Shown: one piece after another, positions 29,289 through 39,186 of the stretch
Layout: every line of letters begins with the position of its first letter
How positions within the stretch are numbered: the stretch's first letter is position 1
NCBI GenBank assembly: GCA_001897515.1
Contig: MKTA01000019.1
Location: forward strand, 101,726-165,725
Reading direction: 5' to 3'
Source of the DNA: Bacteroidetes bacterium 41-46
GTDB lineage: Bacteria; Bacteroidota; Bacteroidia; Bacteroidales; UBA932
Length of the DNA: 64,000 bases
Notes under the pieces: generated by a model
Told to the model about the DNA's origin: nothing
Database searches by the model: none
What the model saw: only the letters and a program-made list of their open reading frames with translations
Translations under genes and position numbers: made by a program

Positions 29289-30031
29289 TCTCTTCCGCTT
29301 CTCCACTCCATACTGTCTGAAGTGGTCTCATAAAGCAAATAATCACATCCGTTTATCCACTCTCCCAAAACATACATATTCCCTCCTCTTGGCGTTGTGA
29401 TACTACCGGGAGTGTGCAGGTGCCCGAATATGTAATAGTCAGAAGGTTGTGTCATTTCTCTCCGGCACACATATTTGTAAAGAGGCTCGTCTGCTCCTTT
29501 GAACTGATGTGCATTGCCCTTGGCAAGTCTGTTGTGTACCGACCATCTGTTCGCCAATGCAAATGCCCATCTTGGATGAATATTGCTAAAAAGTTTTTGC
29601 AGTATTTTACTGTTAAATATAGATTTAAGAAGCATATAACCCTTATCCTCACCGTCAAGTCCGTCGCCATGAGCAAGACAAAAGTTCTTACTTCCAATCA
29701 TAACCTGATAAGGTTGTTCAAGAATCTCCATTCCTAACTCCTCTTTAAAGTATCCAAATGCCCATACATCATGGTTACCCTTAAAGAAAAATAGTTTCAC
29801 ACCTCTGTCAGAAAGCTTTGAGAGTGCTCCGAAGAATCGTGTATAACCTTTTGGAACAACATATTTGTATTCGTACCAGAAGTCAAAAACATCTCCGAGC
29901 AGATACAGGGCGACAGTCTCAGGAGGCAAGGATTCAATTACAGAGACCAGCCTTCTCTCACGTAGCTCAGCATCTCCGACTTTTAGTCCAAGGTGAACAT
30001 CTGATATAAAACACACATAGCCTTTTTCCAT
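29285..30031 (-). CDS. lpxH: UDP-2,3-diacylglucosamine diphosphatase (metallophosphoesterase)
   Basis: FISDVHLG, LLGDVFDFW, GNHD, AHGD, FGHLH, LGEW. Confidence 0.9.
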   Translation of the reverse strand: MEKGYVCFISDVHLGLKVGDAELRERRLVSVIESLPPETVALYLLGDVFDFWYEYKYVVPKGYTRFFGALSKLSDRGVKLFFFKGNHDVWAFGYFKEELGMEILEQPYQVMIGSKNFCLAHGDGLDGEDKGYMLLKSIFNSKILQKLFSNIHPRWAFALANRWSVHNRLAKGNAHQFKGADEPLYKYVCRREMTQPSDYYIFGHLHTPGSITTPRGGNMYVLGEWINGCDYLLYETTSDSMEWRSGRD

Positions 30032-30046
30032 ATTGAGAGAACAGAG

Positions 30047-30838
30047 TTAAAACAACAATGAGAAGAGACAAAGTAAGCCGACAGCTGCACAATAGATTGC
30101 AAATGGGGTAAGTTTTGCTCTTTTAACCAGAGCAATCATAACTTTACAGGCAAAAAGCCCTGAAGTAAATGCAGACAGAAATCCAAGTCCAAGAGACAAT
30201 GGTGATATGTCTGATCCTGGAGCTGTGAACTCTCCGGAGATGAGTTCAAGAAAAGCCTCTCCAAGCACAGGAATCAACACCATAAGGAATGAGAATCTGG
30301 CAACTTCATCCTTTTTTAACCCAAGCATCATTCCGGTTGAAATTGTTGATCCGGATCTGGACAGTCCCGGAAGCACAGCTATAGATTGCGCTATCCCAAT
30401 AATAAATGCTCTGCCGAAAGTAAGCCTCTTTTCTGAAGGCTTAACAAAACCTGTAAGCATTAGAAGAGCTGCCGTTATCAGTAGCGATATACCCACAACC
30501 ATCAGCCCAGAACCAAAAATAGCCTCTACCTCCTCTTTGAAAAACATACCAACAATAAAAACCGGGATCATAGAAACACCTATCTTGAGGAGATAGTCAG
30601 TCTCTTCGTTTAATTTAAACTTAAATAGGCCTTGTAATAGTTTTAGAATATCTTTTCTGAAAACTACCAGTGTACTCGTAACCGTTGCCGCATGGACTAC
30701 AACCTCAAATTTCAGATTAGTACTCTCAATGCCCAATAGCTCCTTTCCAATGGCCAAGTGGCCACTGCTACTGACCGGCAGAAACTCTGTAAGACCCTGA
30801 ATAAATCCAAGTAAAATCGCCTCAATCCACGAAATCAT
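30047..30838 (-). CDS. uppP: Undecaprenyl-diphosphate phosphatase
   Basis: QGLTEFLPVSSSGHL, PGLSRSGSTI, ARFSFLM. Confidence 0.98.
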   Translation of the reverse strand: MISWIEAILLGFIQGLTEFLPVSSSGHLAIGKELLGIESTNLKFEVVVHAATVTSTLVVFRKDILKLLQGLFKFKLNEETDYLLKIGVSMIPVFIVGMFFKEEVEAIFGSGLMVVGISLLITAALLMLTGFVKPSEKRLTFGRAFIIGIAQSIAVLPGLSRSGSTISTGMMLGLKKDEVARFSFLMVLIPVLGEAFLELISGEFTAPGSDISPLSLGLGFLSAFTSGLFACKVMIALVKRAKLTPFAIYCAAVGLLCLFSLLF

Positions 30839-31083
30839 CTTCTGGGCTTTTTCATTATTGCAACAATCTCAACTACAAATCCGGCTATTATCAATAGAGG
30901 TGAGAGAACAATCCTCCTGAAACTGAACATCTGCTCACCGGTAAATATATTTGGGTCATCAGTTCCGCCTCCGGTCATAAGGATATATCCCAGTATCATT
31001 AATGCCAGTCCTGCCAATGCAATATACAGGTTCTGAGGAGGCATAGCAAACCTCGGGTTGTCTTGAGCGATTTTTTTAGCCAT
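30835..31083 (-). CDS. DUF3098 domain membrane protein
   Basis: Two TMs, NLYIALAGLALMILGYILMTGG...FSFRRIVLSP; usual ftsX-DUF3098-uppP position. Confidence 0.85.
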   Translation of the reverse strand: MAKKIAQDNPRFAMPPQNLYIALAGLALMILGYILMTGGGTDDPNIFTGEQMFSFRRIVLSPLLIIAGFVVEIVAIMKKPRR

Positions 31084-31096
31084 CTCTATAATTTTT

Positions 31097-31975
31097 TCAA
31101 TAGTACAAATCATCCGCCGGTAATGAGAGCACCTTGTTCAATACTATCCAGGTACTTATCAGGCAAAGCATTACCCCTGCCGCAATAACTCCTGCAAAAA
31201 GGTAAAGAATAAGCATAGGATCCAGCAACTCATATAACTGCGTAAAATCTCTTTTTACGATATAAAGAATCCCGGACAGTATCCCCACAGCCATAAATCC
31301 TGAAATCATTCCCTGAAGAATACCATTCATTATAAAGGGCCTCTTTATAAACGAACGCCTTGCTCCTACCAGTTTCATCGTGTAAATAACGAACCTCTTT
31401 GAAAAGACATTTAGCCTTACAGTATTATTGATCAAGAAAAATGAGATAAAAAGCAGCAAGGATGTGAAAATAGTCAAAACTAACCCTATCTTCTCCAAGT
31501 TCTTATTTACTATCTCAATTAGTGACTCCTCCCATACTACTTCTCTGACGCCGGCATTAAGGAGTATTTCCGACTCAATCATTGAGAGGCTGTCACTCCT
31601 TACATATTCTGATTTTACCTGAACATCCGCCGATATCGGAACAGGATTCAGGTCAAAAACCTCAAGGAAATCCTCTCCCAAAATCCCCCTCATCTCCTCA
31701 GTTCCCCTCTCTTTCGAAATAAATTCAATGGATTTAATAAAAGGCATAGTGGCAATGACTTCTGTCAAAGCCATAGCTCTCTCTTCGGATATATTTGAAT
31801 CAAATATTACCGACAGCCTGAGATTTTCCCTGAAATAGTCTCTCATTCCCGAAGCATTTACCGCTACAAGTCCGCCTGTGCCGGCGAGCACCAAAACAAG
31901 TGTAATGCTGATCAGGGAAGAGAGGTATGAGTGCAGGAATCTCTTTGCAACATTTCTGTTATCTCTCCTCTTCAT
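31097..31975 (-). CDS. ftsX: Cell division permease FtsX
   Basis: SSLISITLVL, EFISKE, NPVP.S..V, LINNTVRL..FSKRF.I.TMKLVGA...FIKRPF. Confidence 0.93.
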   Translation of the reverse strand: MKRRDNRNVAKRFLHSYLSSLISITLVLVLAGTGGLVAVNASGMRDYFRENLRLSVIFDSNISEERAMALTEVIATMPFIKSIEFISKERGTEEMRGILGEDFLEVFDLNPVPISADVQVKSEYVRSDSLSMIESEILLNAGVREVVWEESLIEIVNKNLEKIGLVLTIFTSLLLFISFFLINNTVRLNVFSKRFVIYTMKLVGARRSFIKRPFIMNGILQGMISGFMAVGILSGILYIVKRDFTQLYELLDPMLILYLFAGVIAAGVMLCLISTWIVLNKVLSLPADDLYY

Positions 31976-32066
31976 ATACCAAGCCCCAAAGATATATAAA
32001 TCTCTCAATTAAATTAAATTTATTATCTTTGTGTTGAATTTGCCTAACTTATACACTATTCGGAAT

Positions 32067-32906
32067 ATGAGCGAACCTGTTAGAGTACTTTTTGTAAACT
32101 CAGAGATGGAACATTTTATGCCCGCATCCACTATAGCGACAGTGGGCAGATATCTTCCGCAGGGGATACAGGAGAGCGGAGCTGAAATCAGATCTTTTGT
32201 GCCCAGGTATGGAATCATAAACGAGCGAAGATACCAGCTGCACGAAGTAATCCGTCTTTCCGGGATGAATATTATTATCAATGATATAGACAGACCTCTT
32301 GTAATTAAGGTCTCTTCAATATCAGCAGCAAGAATGCAGGTTTACTTCATAGATAATGAAGATTACTTTCACAGGAAGTTTGTATATACAGATGACTCGG
32401 GCAAATATTTTACAGATAATGATGAAAGAGCCATATTCTTTGCCAGAGGTGTGCTTGAAACTGTAAAAAAACTAAGGTGGAAGCCTGACATAATACATTG
32501 TCAGGGATGGATCTCTCATCTGCTTCCAATATATCTGAGAAAGGTTTACAGCGACGATCCTATATTCACGGACAGCAAAGTGGTTCTCTCTCTTTACGAT
32601 GACTCCATGAATATGGAATTCAATAATGAAACAAGATCAAAAATTGTGGTTCCCGGAGTTAGAAATAAAGACCTTGATGTCCTGGATCCGGCAAATGGCA
32701 TAAATCTTGCTAAGTTAGCCATACAGTACTCAAATGGTGTAATAGTAGGCAGCAGCAGCCTGCCTGCAGAGCTTGAAGAGGCAATTAAAACTCCTCACCT
32801 GAAAGTTCTTCCATACAGAGAGATTGACCATCCTGAGAACACCTACATCCAAGATTACAAAAATTTTTATGACCAAATTCTGGGCAACAATGACAAAAAG
32901 GTTTAA
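32067..32906 (+). CDS. Glycogen/starch synthase-like protein (GT5 N-terminal domain only)
   Basis: EIRSFVPRYG.INERRYQLHEVIRLSGMNI, DNDERAIFFARGVLETVKKL.W.PDIIHCQGW; about 279 aa; TATCTTTG at 32024-32031. Confidence 0.85.
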   Translation: MSEPVRVLFVNSEMEHFMPASTIATVGRYLPQGIQESGAEIRSFVPRYGIINERRYQLHEVIRLSGMNIIINDIDRPLVIKVSSISAARMQVYFIDNEDYFHRKFVYTDDSGKYFTDNDERAIFFARGVLETVKKLRWKPDIIHCQGWISHLLPIYLRKVYSDDPIFTDSKVVLSLYDDSMNMEFNNETRSKIVVPGVRNKDLDVLDPANGINLAKLAIQYSNGVIVGSSSLPAELEEAIKTPHLKVLPYREIDHPENTYIQDYKNFYDQILGNNDKKV

Positions 32907-34251
32907 TCCTTCAAAGATTCTTATACTGACATCTCTTATTTTCCTGATGTCATCCTGTATAACAGTAAATAAAAAGGCAGGCGAAGGTGTGGTTCCGTCG
33001 GATCAGATTTTTGATGTAGCGGTTAAAGAGTTTGATCTGCCTGTAGAGATGAGAGTATCTGACAGCCTGCAAACAATTACTTCCGGAGCACTCGTTGTGG
33101 GTGCACATAAAGATCCGGATCTTGGCCTTACAATATCATCTGGAGCATTCAGGCTTTACCCGCAGAAGGACACAAATCATTTCGGGAACGATCCAAAGAT
33201 CAATTATCTCAGACTCTTTCTTTCAATTTCATCAAATATAGTTCTTGATGAAAACGATAGCAAGATTCCTCAGAATGTTTATGTTCACAGACTACTTACA
33301 GATCTTGATACTCTTAAAATCTACAACAACTCGCTTACTGAGGCCGATTATGACCCTACACCACTTAATGCAGGAGGCAATGTTTACTTTGGGGGAGACT
33401 CACTTAACATGGAGCTCTCAAAGGAGTACGCAAGAGAGCTCGTTACAGCAACTGCCGAGGAGATGGACAGCCTCAACCTTTTTGTTAAAAGATTCAAAGG
33501 TTTTCTAATAAGAACAGAACCTTTGCCCGGCTCACTTCAAGGTGGCAGATTTAATATCATTGTTCCCTCCTCTGTCAATATGGTTCTCTCATATAACCAT
33601 ACCGACAGTGAAGTGACTCAACCTGACAGCGTAATATACTATTTTACTACAGACACAGATTTAAATCTCAACACTATAAAACACAGTTCATCATCCCTGG
33701 CAGGTAATAACACATCTGAGAAGATATACATAGAGGGGCTGGCTGGGATAAAGCCATTTATAGACATGGCTCAGGTTAAGTTGATGATGTCTGAATGGGC
33801 TGCTGAGAACAATACTCCTCTTGAGAAAGTTGTTATATCCAAGGCAGAGTTGATATTCCCATATGAGATGCCTCTTAACTATAAGACATTGTCTCAATAT
33901 CCCACACAAGTATTCCTGGCAACAAGAAACACCGGTGACTCTTACTCAAGGCAACCATACTACCAGATACTGGAAGAGATAAATTACAATGACACTAAAG
34001 GGAGTATAAATAAATCCCTGCTAACATACAATCTCAATATTACAGGCTATTTCCAAAATCTGCTCAAAGGCAAATACACAAAAAGAGAAGAACTCAAAGC
34101 CTATATTATCCCTGTGGCCTCAACCTCAAACTCAATGACCGGTGAGGTTAGCTATTTTATTGATAATACTGTTTACTATAAAGGTGTTCTCAATGGCACA
34201 TCATCTATCAGAAGACCTAAACTGAAGCTGGTTTACGCGATAATCCCTTAA
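32890..34251 (+). CDS. DUF4270 family lipoprotein
   Basis: Lipobox LIFLMSSC; YIEGLAG, ISKAELIFP, Y.LNIT.YFQ, RRPKLKLVY; directly follows the glgA-like gene. Confidence 0.75.
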   Translation: MTKRFNPSKILILTSLIFLMSSCITVNKKAGEGVVPSDQIFDVAVKEFDLPVEMRVSDSLQTITSGALVVGAHKDPDLGLTISSGAFRLYPQKDTNHFGNDPKINYLRLFLSISSNIVLDENDSKIPQNVYVHRLLTDLDTLKIYNNSLTEADYDPTPLNAGGNVYFGGDSLNMELSKEYARELVTATAEEMDSLNLFVKRFKGFLIRTEPLPGSLQGGRFNIIVPSSVNMVLSYNHTDSEVTQPDSVIYYFTTDTDLNLNTIKHSSSSLAGNNTSEKIYIEGLAGIKPFIDMAQVKLMMSEWAAENNTPLEKVVISKAELIFPYEMPLNYKTLSQYPTQVFLATRNTGDSYSRQPYYQILEEINYNDTKGSINKSLLTYNLNITGYFQNLLKGKYTKREELKAYIIPVASTSNSMTGEVSYFIDNTVYYKGVLNGTSSIRRPKLKLVYAIIP

Positions 34252-34268
34252 GAAACTATAATTCTGTA

Positions 34269-34314
34269 AAAAACAATAGAGGCCGACATTGTTTTGTCGG
34301 CCTCTATTGTTTTT
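34269..34314. terminator. Bidirectional intrinsic terminator (perfect 20-bp inverted repeat)
   Basis: AAAAACAATAGAGGCCGACA-TTGTTT-TGTCGGCCTCTATTGTTTTT between convergent DUF4270 and fabF. Confidence 0.9.
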
Positions 34315-34349
34315 ATTATCAATTCAGCTTAGTGAGTCACTTACTGTTG

Positions 34350-35600
34350 TCAGATTTTTCTGAATACAATACAAGAGTTGTGTCCTCCAAAACCAAATGT
34401 GTTGTTCAGTGCAACATTCACCTCTCTCTTTTGAGCTTTGTTCAATGTCAGGTTGAGATTATAGTCAATCTCAGGGTCTTCATGTTCAAAATTAATTGTA
34501 GGAGGAATAGTTCCTGAATTAATTGCATGTATGCAGGCTAACGCCTCAACTGCTCCTGTCGCTCCAAGCAGGTGTCCGGTCATTGATTTGGTAGAGCTTA
34601 TGTTCAGATTGTAAGCATGCGCACCAAACAGCTCCTTTACAGCCTTTAACTCTGCTATGTCACCAAGAGGTGTCGCTGTTCCGTGAACATTTATATAATC
34701 AACCTCTTCCGGTTTAATTCCTGAGTCCTGAAGAGCAAGTTTCATCACTTGTTTTGCCCCCAATCCATCTGGATGTGGTGCTGTTATATGGTGAGCATCT
34801 GCACTTAAGCCAGCTCCTGCTACCTCAGCATAGATTCTAGCACCTCTGGCAACAGCATGCTCATACTCTTCAAAGATTAACGTTGCTGCGCCCTCTCCCA
34901 TTACAAATCCATCTCTCGTCTTGTCAAAAGGACGAGATGCAGTTTTATAATTATCATTGTTCGTAGAGAGTGCCTGAGCTGAGTTGAAACCTCCTATGCT
35001 TGGTACAGAAATCCCTGCTTCTGATCCACCTGTAATTATTATATCTGCCTTGCCGAGTCTGATATAGTTCAAGGCGTCGGTCATTGCGTGGGTTGAAGAG
35101 GCACAAGCCGATACTGTCGTAAAGTTTGGTCCTCTAAAGCCGTATTTCATTGAGATGTGGCCGGCTGCTATATCCGGTATCATCTTGGGAATAAGGAAAG
35201 GGCTGAATCGAGGAGTGCAACCACCCTCAAAATAGCCCTTTATCTCCTGAAACATTGTTTCAATGCCTCCAATCCCTGAACCAACAATAACACCAGCTCT
35301 GTCCAGATCAATTTTTTCCGGATCAATACCTGCATCTTTTATTGCTTCAGCAGTAGCTGCCATGGCATACTGAGCAAACAGATCAAGCTTCCTGGCCTCT
35401 TTTTTGTCAATTCCAAATTTCTCAGGATCGAAGTCCTTGATCTCACAAGCGAATTTGGTCTTAAAAAGCGAGGCGTCAAAACGGGTAATCAGAGATGCTC
35501 CGCTTGTTCCGTTATCCAGGTTATCGAAATACTCCGGGATATTGTTCCCCAGTGGGTTGATCGTTCCAATTCCTGTAACGACTACTCTTTTTAATTGCAT
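34350..35600 (-). CDS. fabF: 3-oxoacyl-ACP synthase II
   Basis: VSACASS (catalytic Cys), INVHGTATPLGD, KSMTGHLLGA, NTFGFGGHN. Confidence 0.98.
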   Translation of the reverse strand: MQLKRVVVTGIGTINPLGNNIPEYFDNLDNGTSGASLITRFDASLFKTKFACEIKDFDPEKFGIDKKEARKLDLFAQYAMAATAEAIKDAGIDPEKIDLDRAGVIVGSGIGGIETMFQEIKGYFEGGCTPRFSPFLIPKMIPDIAAGHISMKYGFRGPNFTTVSACASSTHAMTDALNYIRLGKADIIITGGSEAGISVPSIGGFNSAQALSTNNDNYKTASRPFDKTRDGFVMGEGAATLIFEEYEHAVARGARIYAEVAGAGLSADAHHITAPHPDGLGAKQVMKLALQDSGIKPEEVDYINVHGTATPLGDIAELKAVKELFGAHAYNLNISSTKSMTGHLLGATGAVEALACIHAINSGTIPPTINFEHEDPEIDYNLNLTLNKAQKREVNVALNNTFGFGGHNSCIVFRKI

Positions 35601-35620
35601 TTTATACTTGTGTAATTTTG

Positions 35621-35857
35621 TTACTTAGCGTTGTTCTCTATGTATGCTATTGCGTCTCCAACAGTAGAGATCTTTTCAGCTGCCTCATCCGGAATGGTTA
35701 TACCAAATGCCTTTTCAAACTCCATAATAAGTTCAACAGTGTCAAGTGAATCGGCACCTAAATCGTTTGTAAAAGAAGCAGCGGGAGTTACTTCTGACTC
35801 GTCAACTCCAAGCTTGTCTACGATGATGGCTTTAACCTTAGATGTAATATCTGCCAT
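35621..35857 (-). CDS. acpP: Acyl carrier protein
   Basis: [17 protein letters not shown]. Confidence 0.99.
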   Translation of the reverse strand: MADITSKVKAIIVDKLGVDESEVTPAASFTNDLGADSLDTVELIMEFEKAFGITIPDEAAEKISTVGDAIAYIENNAK

Positions 35858-36060
35858 AATTTTAAATAGTTAGTTAATAATTTTGGTTTTAGTTATTTCA
35901 AAAATAGTTTGCAAAGAAAAGCAAAAAAAACGGAAAAAGAAAATTTATGCCAGTGAAACATAAAAAGACTGCTCTGCTTCACTATATAAATAAAAGTGTA
36001 ATTATTAAAGCAATTTTTCGTTTGCCGATTTTTGATTAACTTTGGGCTAAAATTCTGATA

Positions 36061-36648
36061 ATGTGTCAAATTAATATTGCTATATTTGCTTCTGGATCAG
36101 GCACAAATGCTGAAAATCTAATTAAGTTTTTCTCTCAATCAAAAAGCATAAAAGTAGCCTTGGTTCTATCAAACAAAAATGATGCCTATGTGCTTGAAAG
36201 GGCAAGGAATCTTAACGTGCCGACTTATACATTTTCACCATATGAATTGACTGACACATCTTTAGTTGATAATAGGCTAAATGAGTTAAAAATTGATGCC
36301 ATTGTTCTGGCCGGTTTTTTACTAAAAATCCCAGATCGTCTGTTGACAAAATTTCCGGACAGAATTATTAACATTCACCCAGCCCTGCTTCCCAATTATG
36401 GAGGAAAAGGAATGTATGGATTAAAGGTGCATACTGCTGTTATTGATGCGGGAGAGAGTGAAAGCGGAATCACAATACATCTCGTTGATGGAAAATACGA
36501 TAATGGTAAAACTCTCTTTCAGGCAAAATGCAAAGTAGATAGTGGTGAGACTCCCGAGAGTCTGGCAATGAAGATTCACGACCTTGAGTACAGATTTTTC
36601 CCGAAAATAGTTAACGAATTTCTATTGGACACTTTTAAGCAGAGGTAA
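36061..36648 (+). CDS. purN: Phosphoribosylglycinamide formyltransferase
   Basis: IFASGSGTNA, LAGFL, INIHPALLP, SGITIH.VD..YD.G; TAACTTTG at 36037-36044. Confidence 0.97.
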   Translation: MCQINIAIFASGSGTNAENLIKFFSQSKSIKVALVLSNKNDAYVLERARNLNVPTYTFSPYELTDTSLVDNRLNELKIDAIVLAGFLLKIPDRLLTKFPDRIINIHPALLPNYGGKGMYGLKVHTAVIDAGESESGITIHLVDGKYDNGKTLFQAKCKVDSGETPESLAMKIHDLEYRFFPKIVNEFLLDTFKQR

Positions 36649-39186
36649 AGAGATTCTGAACCCAAATCCACTATATTTTAATCCGCTGAAAGAGACAAAA
36701 AGCCCGAACCTTCCCACATCATCCATACCTATAGAGTAGCCTGTTTCACTATGGTGTATCCCTCTGTCCGGGAGCCACAAAGACTTGAAATGAATAGCCT
36801 CAGTAAGCATTGGTGTATCCAGGAACGGCAGTCTTTTGAGCAAGATGTACTCGGAATTGTAGTTCAGCTTAACATCTAGCCATGACCCTTTGGTTGAGTT
36901 TAAATATCCGTCTGCCATAACATACCTTTCGTCAAAAAGATCTTCTGAAGTAATGATATTGGATGAAGAAAAGTGTTTATATTCCTGAAGAAAGATATTT
37001 CCGGATGACAGGTAAGTCCCCGCCTCCAGTGAATAAGAGAATGTTGAGTATATATCCGTTTTGACTCTCTGTTTTACAGAAGCCTCAAGTCTGGACCACG
37101 AAGATTCAAATCCCAATATACTGAACGCCTGCGCATATCTTAATGCAATAGTCGGGTATTTTGACCTTACATATCGTTTGTAACCTTTATCAATTCTGTA
37201 ATAGTATCTGTGAGTGTATGAAAGAGATACATCAGCGGCAAGCGAAGAGGTTGCCTCAACTAACCCACCGTTTGTATTCAAGGGAGCATTCTCCTCTCCC
37301 TCCTTTCCGAACAAACTCTTAACATTGCCATTGGTTAGAGGTGAATAACTGCTGGCAGACAATCGTATGCTTGATCTTAGGCCATTTGCCAGATCTATGC
37401 CCGATGTAAGAGAGACAAATCTCTTATCCAGTAATTTAACCGGATTAATACCAAACAGGAAAGATGAATAAGAGTTCAGGAATCTACTCACACCGGGCTG
37501 AGAAGATATGTCGGCACTCTCTCTTCCTGCCTCAAATGATATAACCCCGTTATGTAACGGAGAGTGGCTGAGTTTAATTCCGGTATTCCATAAAATGACA
37601 TTTCTCTCTGAGGAGTAGTATGCAGAAGCGTTAATTTCAGCCGGTGCATTTTTAAATCCTCCGTACTGCAAAGAGATGTTCTGCCCAAACTGATAACCAT
37701 CTACAAAGTTGAAATCTCCTACGACTTTAGAGAGGCCTCCGAATGTAAAGTGAAGTTTATCTGCTAATTTAAACTTATGGCCAAAAAATATTTTCTCTAT
37801 AACCGTAACACCTCTTCCGCTATTCTGTGACCTTACAGAGTCTCTTTTTTCAATCTCCTTAAATTCAAATTTCAGGCTATCTCTCTTCTGGTATGAGACC
37901 ACCTCATCTCCTCTTAAGGGCACCCGTCTTACCTCAAGCCAATATAGTGAATCTCTGATTTTTGCAGTAGAATCCACTACAACAGTTGTGTTAGATACTG
38001 CTCTCTTTAGTTCAAGAGATGGCTCCTCTGTCGGTTTAGGGGCAAGATCTCTCTCCAGATTTTTTGCTATTCTGCTTGCATCTCTCTTTTTCATATCTGA
38101 GTCCTGAGAGGGAAGAGAGCTTCCATTATGCAGGAGTGCGGAGGCGTTCGTTTTAATCCCGCTGTAAGATGCAGAGGAGAAGTACTGTCCCTCCCCTTTT
38201 ATTCCCAAAGTGCTGATGTCTGCCTTTATGTTATATGTAGTAGGAAGGAATACCCCCTCCGATACCTCATTATAGTTTATCTTGATGTTTATGTTTACCC
38301 CGGACTGGCTTGTAACAAGTTCTGCGTAGGCGACATTCCATAAGTTATCAACTATATAGAGATGTCCTGCAAACAGCTTTGAATTCCCTCTTTTGGGCAC
38401 AACCAATATTTTATTAACGACTCTCCCTGACTCATTTGCAATCCCCTGGTATAAGAATCTGTAATATGAGAGGGCATTGGGAGAGAGAGGAGAGACCATA
38501 CCGGAAATCTGGGGGTCGTAAATGGAGGATTTCATAATCATTGAGAAATCTCCGGGATCAATCTCCTCTGGAATTGAACTTGAAAATGCTCTTACCGTCT
38601 GGTGGTATTTATTCGGAAATGTAAATTTAATTGTTGAGTGTGACTCCACGACAAAGAGCTTACCTGTTACAAAATTTGCCATCTCCTTAATGGATTTGAC
38701 CTTTAGAATGGCCGGTATCTTATTTATTTTTACGGTCCCTTTAAGGTAACTATCTGCTTCATACTCTCTGACCTGATATCTGTACCTGGGTGCCATAGCA
38801 ATAGCTCTCTTCATTATTGAGGTACCTCTGTCGTCATCTCTTCCGGAGAGAGTTGCCTCTCTAAGCTCATACGACACTTCATCCAGTACAAATGTCCTGT
38901 AAATGGACTCCTCACCTTTTTCTATGGTGAGTCTCTCTCTGCTAAATCCCAGTGAGGAGATCTCTACCGTATATTTCCCGGCAGGTAAAAGAGTTGAAAA
39001 TGCTCCGTCAATATCTGAGCTTATTCCAGATCTGGTCTCTTGAATATAAATTGTTGCAAAAGGTATCCCCTCACCTTTAATATCAGTAATTTTTCCTGAA
39101 AAACGGCGGGCCTCTGTTTCGTTATAAAATAGGATCGCAATAATTACAAACAGACCTTTTAGTATAAAAAAAAGAGCTCTATTCAT
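36622..39186 (-). CDS. DUF5686 + carboxypeptidase-regulatory-like domain outer-membrane protein
   Basis: Signal peptide; GKITD.KGE.IPFATI...SSLGF N-terminal domain; SPLSPNA.SYYRF; C-terminal beta-strands ending GFRISLP. Confidence 0.8.
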   Translation of the reverse strand: MNRALFFILKGLFVIIAILFYNETEARRFSGKITDIKGEGIPFATIYIQETRSGISSDIDGAFSTLLPAGKYTVEISSLGFSRERLTIEKGEESIYRTFVLDEVSYELREATLSGRDDDRGTSIMKRAIAMAPRYRYQVREYEADSYLKGTVKINKIPAILKVKSIKEMANFVTGKLFVVESHSTIKFTFPNKYHQTVRAFSSSIPEEIDPGDFSMIMKSSIYDPQISGMVSPLSPNALSYYRFLYQGIANESGRVVNKILVVPKRGNSKLFAGHLYIVDNLWNVAYAELVTSQSGVNINIKINYNEVSEGVFLPTTYNIKADISTLGIKGEGQYFSSASYSGIKTNASALLHNGSSLPSQDSDMKKRDASRIAKNLERDLAPKPTEEPSLELKRAVSNTTVVVDSTAKIRDSLYWLEVRRVPLRGDEVVSYQKRDSLKFEFKEIEKRDSVRSQNSGRGVTVIEKIFFGHKFKLADKLHFTFGGLSKVVGDFNFVDGYQFGQNISLQYGGFKNAPAEINASAYYSSERNVILWNTGIKLSHSPLHNGVISFEAGRESADISSQPGVSRFLNSYSSFLFGINPVKLLDKRFVSLTSGIDLANGLRSSIRLSASSYSPLTNGNVKSLFGKEGEENAPLNTNGGLVEATSSLAADVSLSYTHRYYYRIDKGYKRYVRSKYPTIALRYAQAFSILGFESSWSRLEASVKQRVKTDIYSTFSYSLEAGTYLSSGNIFLQEYKHFSSSNIITSEDLFDERYVMADGYLNSTKGSWLDVKLNYNSEYILLKRLPFLDTPMLTEAIHFKSLWLPDRGIHHSETGYSIGMDDVGRFGLFVSFSGLKYSGFGFRISLPLLKSVQ

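Noticed and set aside
35858-36060. 203-nt acpP/purN gap as a riboswitch or sRNA
   Set aside because: Only a weak 6-bp inverted repeat; the space is explained by divergent promoters (35899-35906 and 36037-36044)
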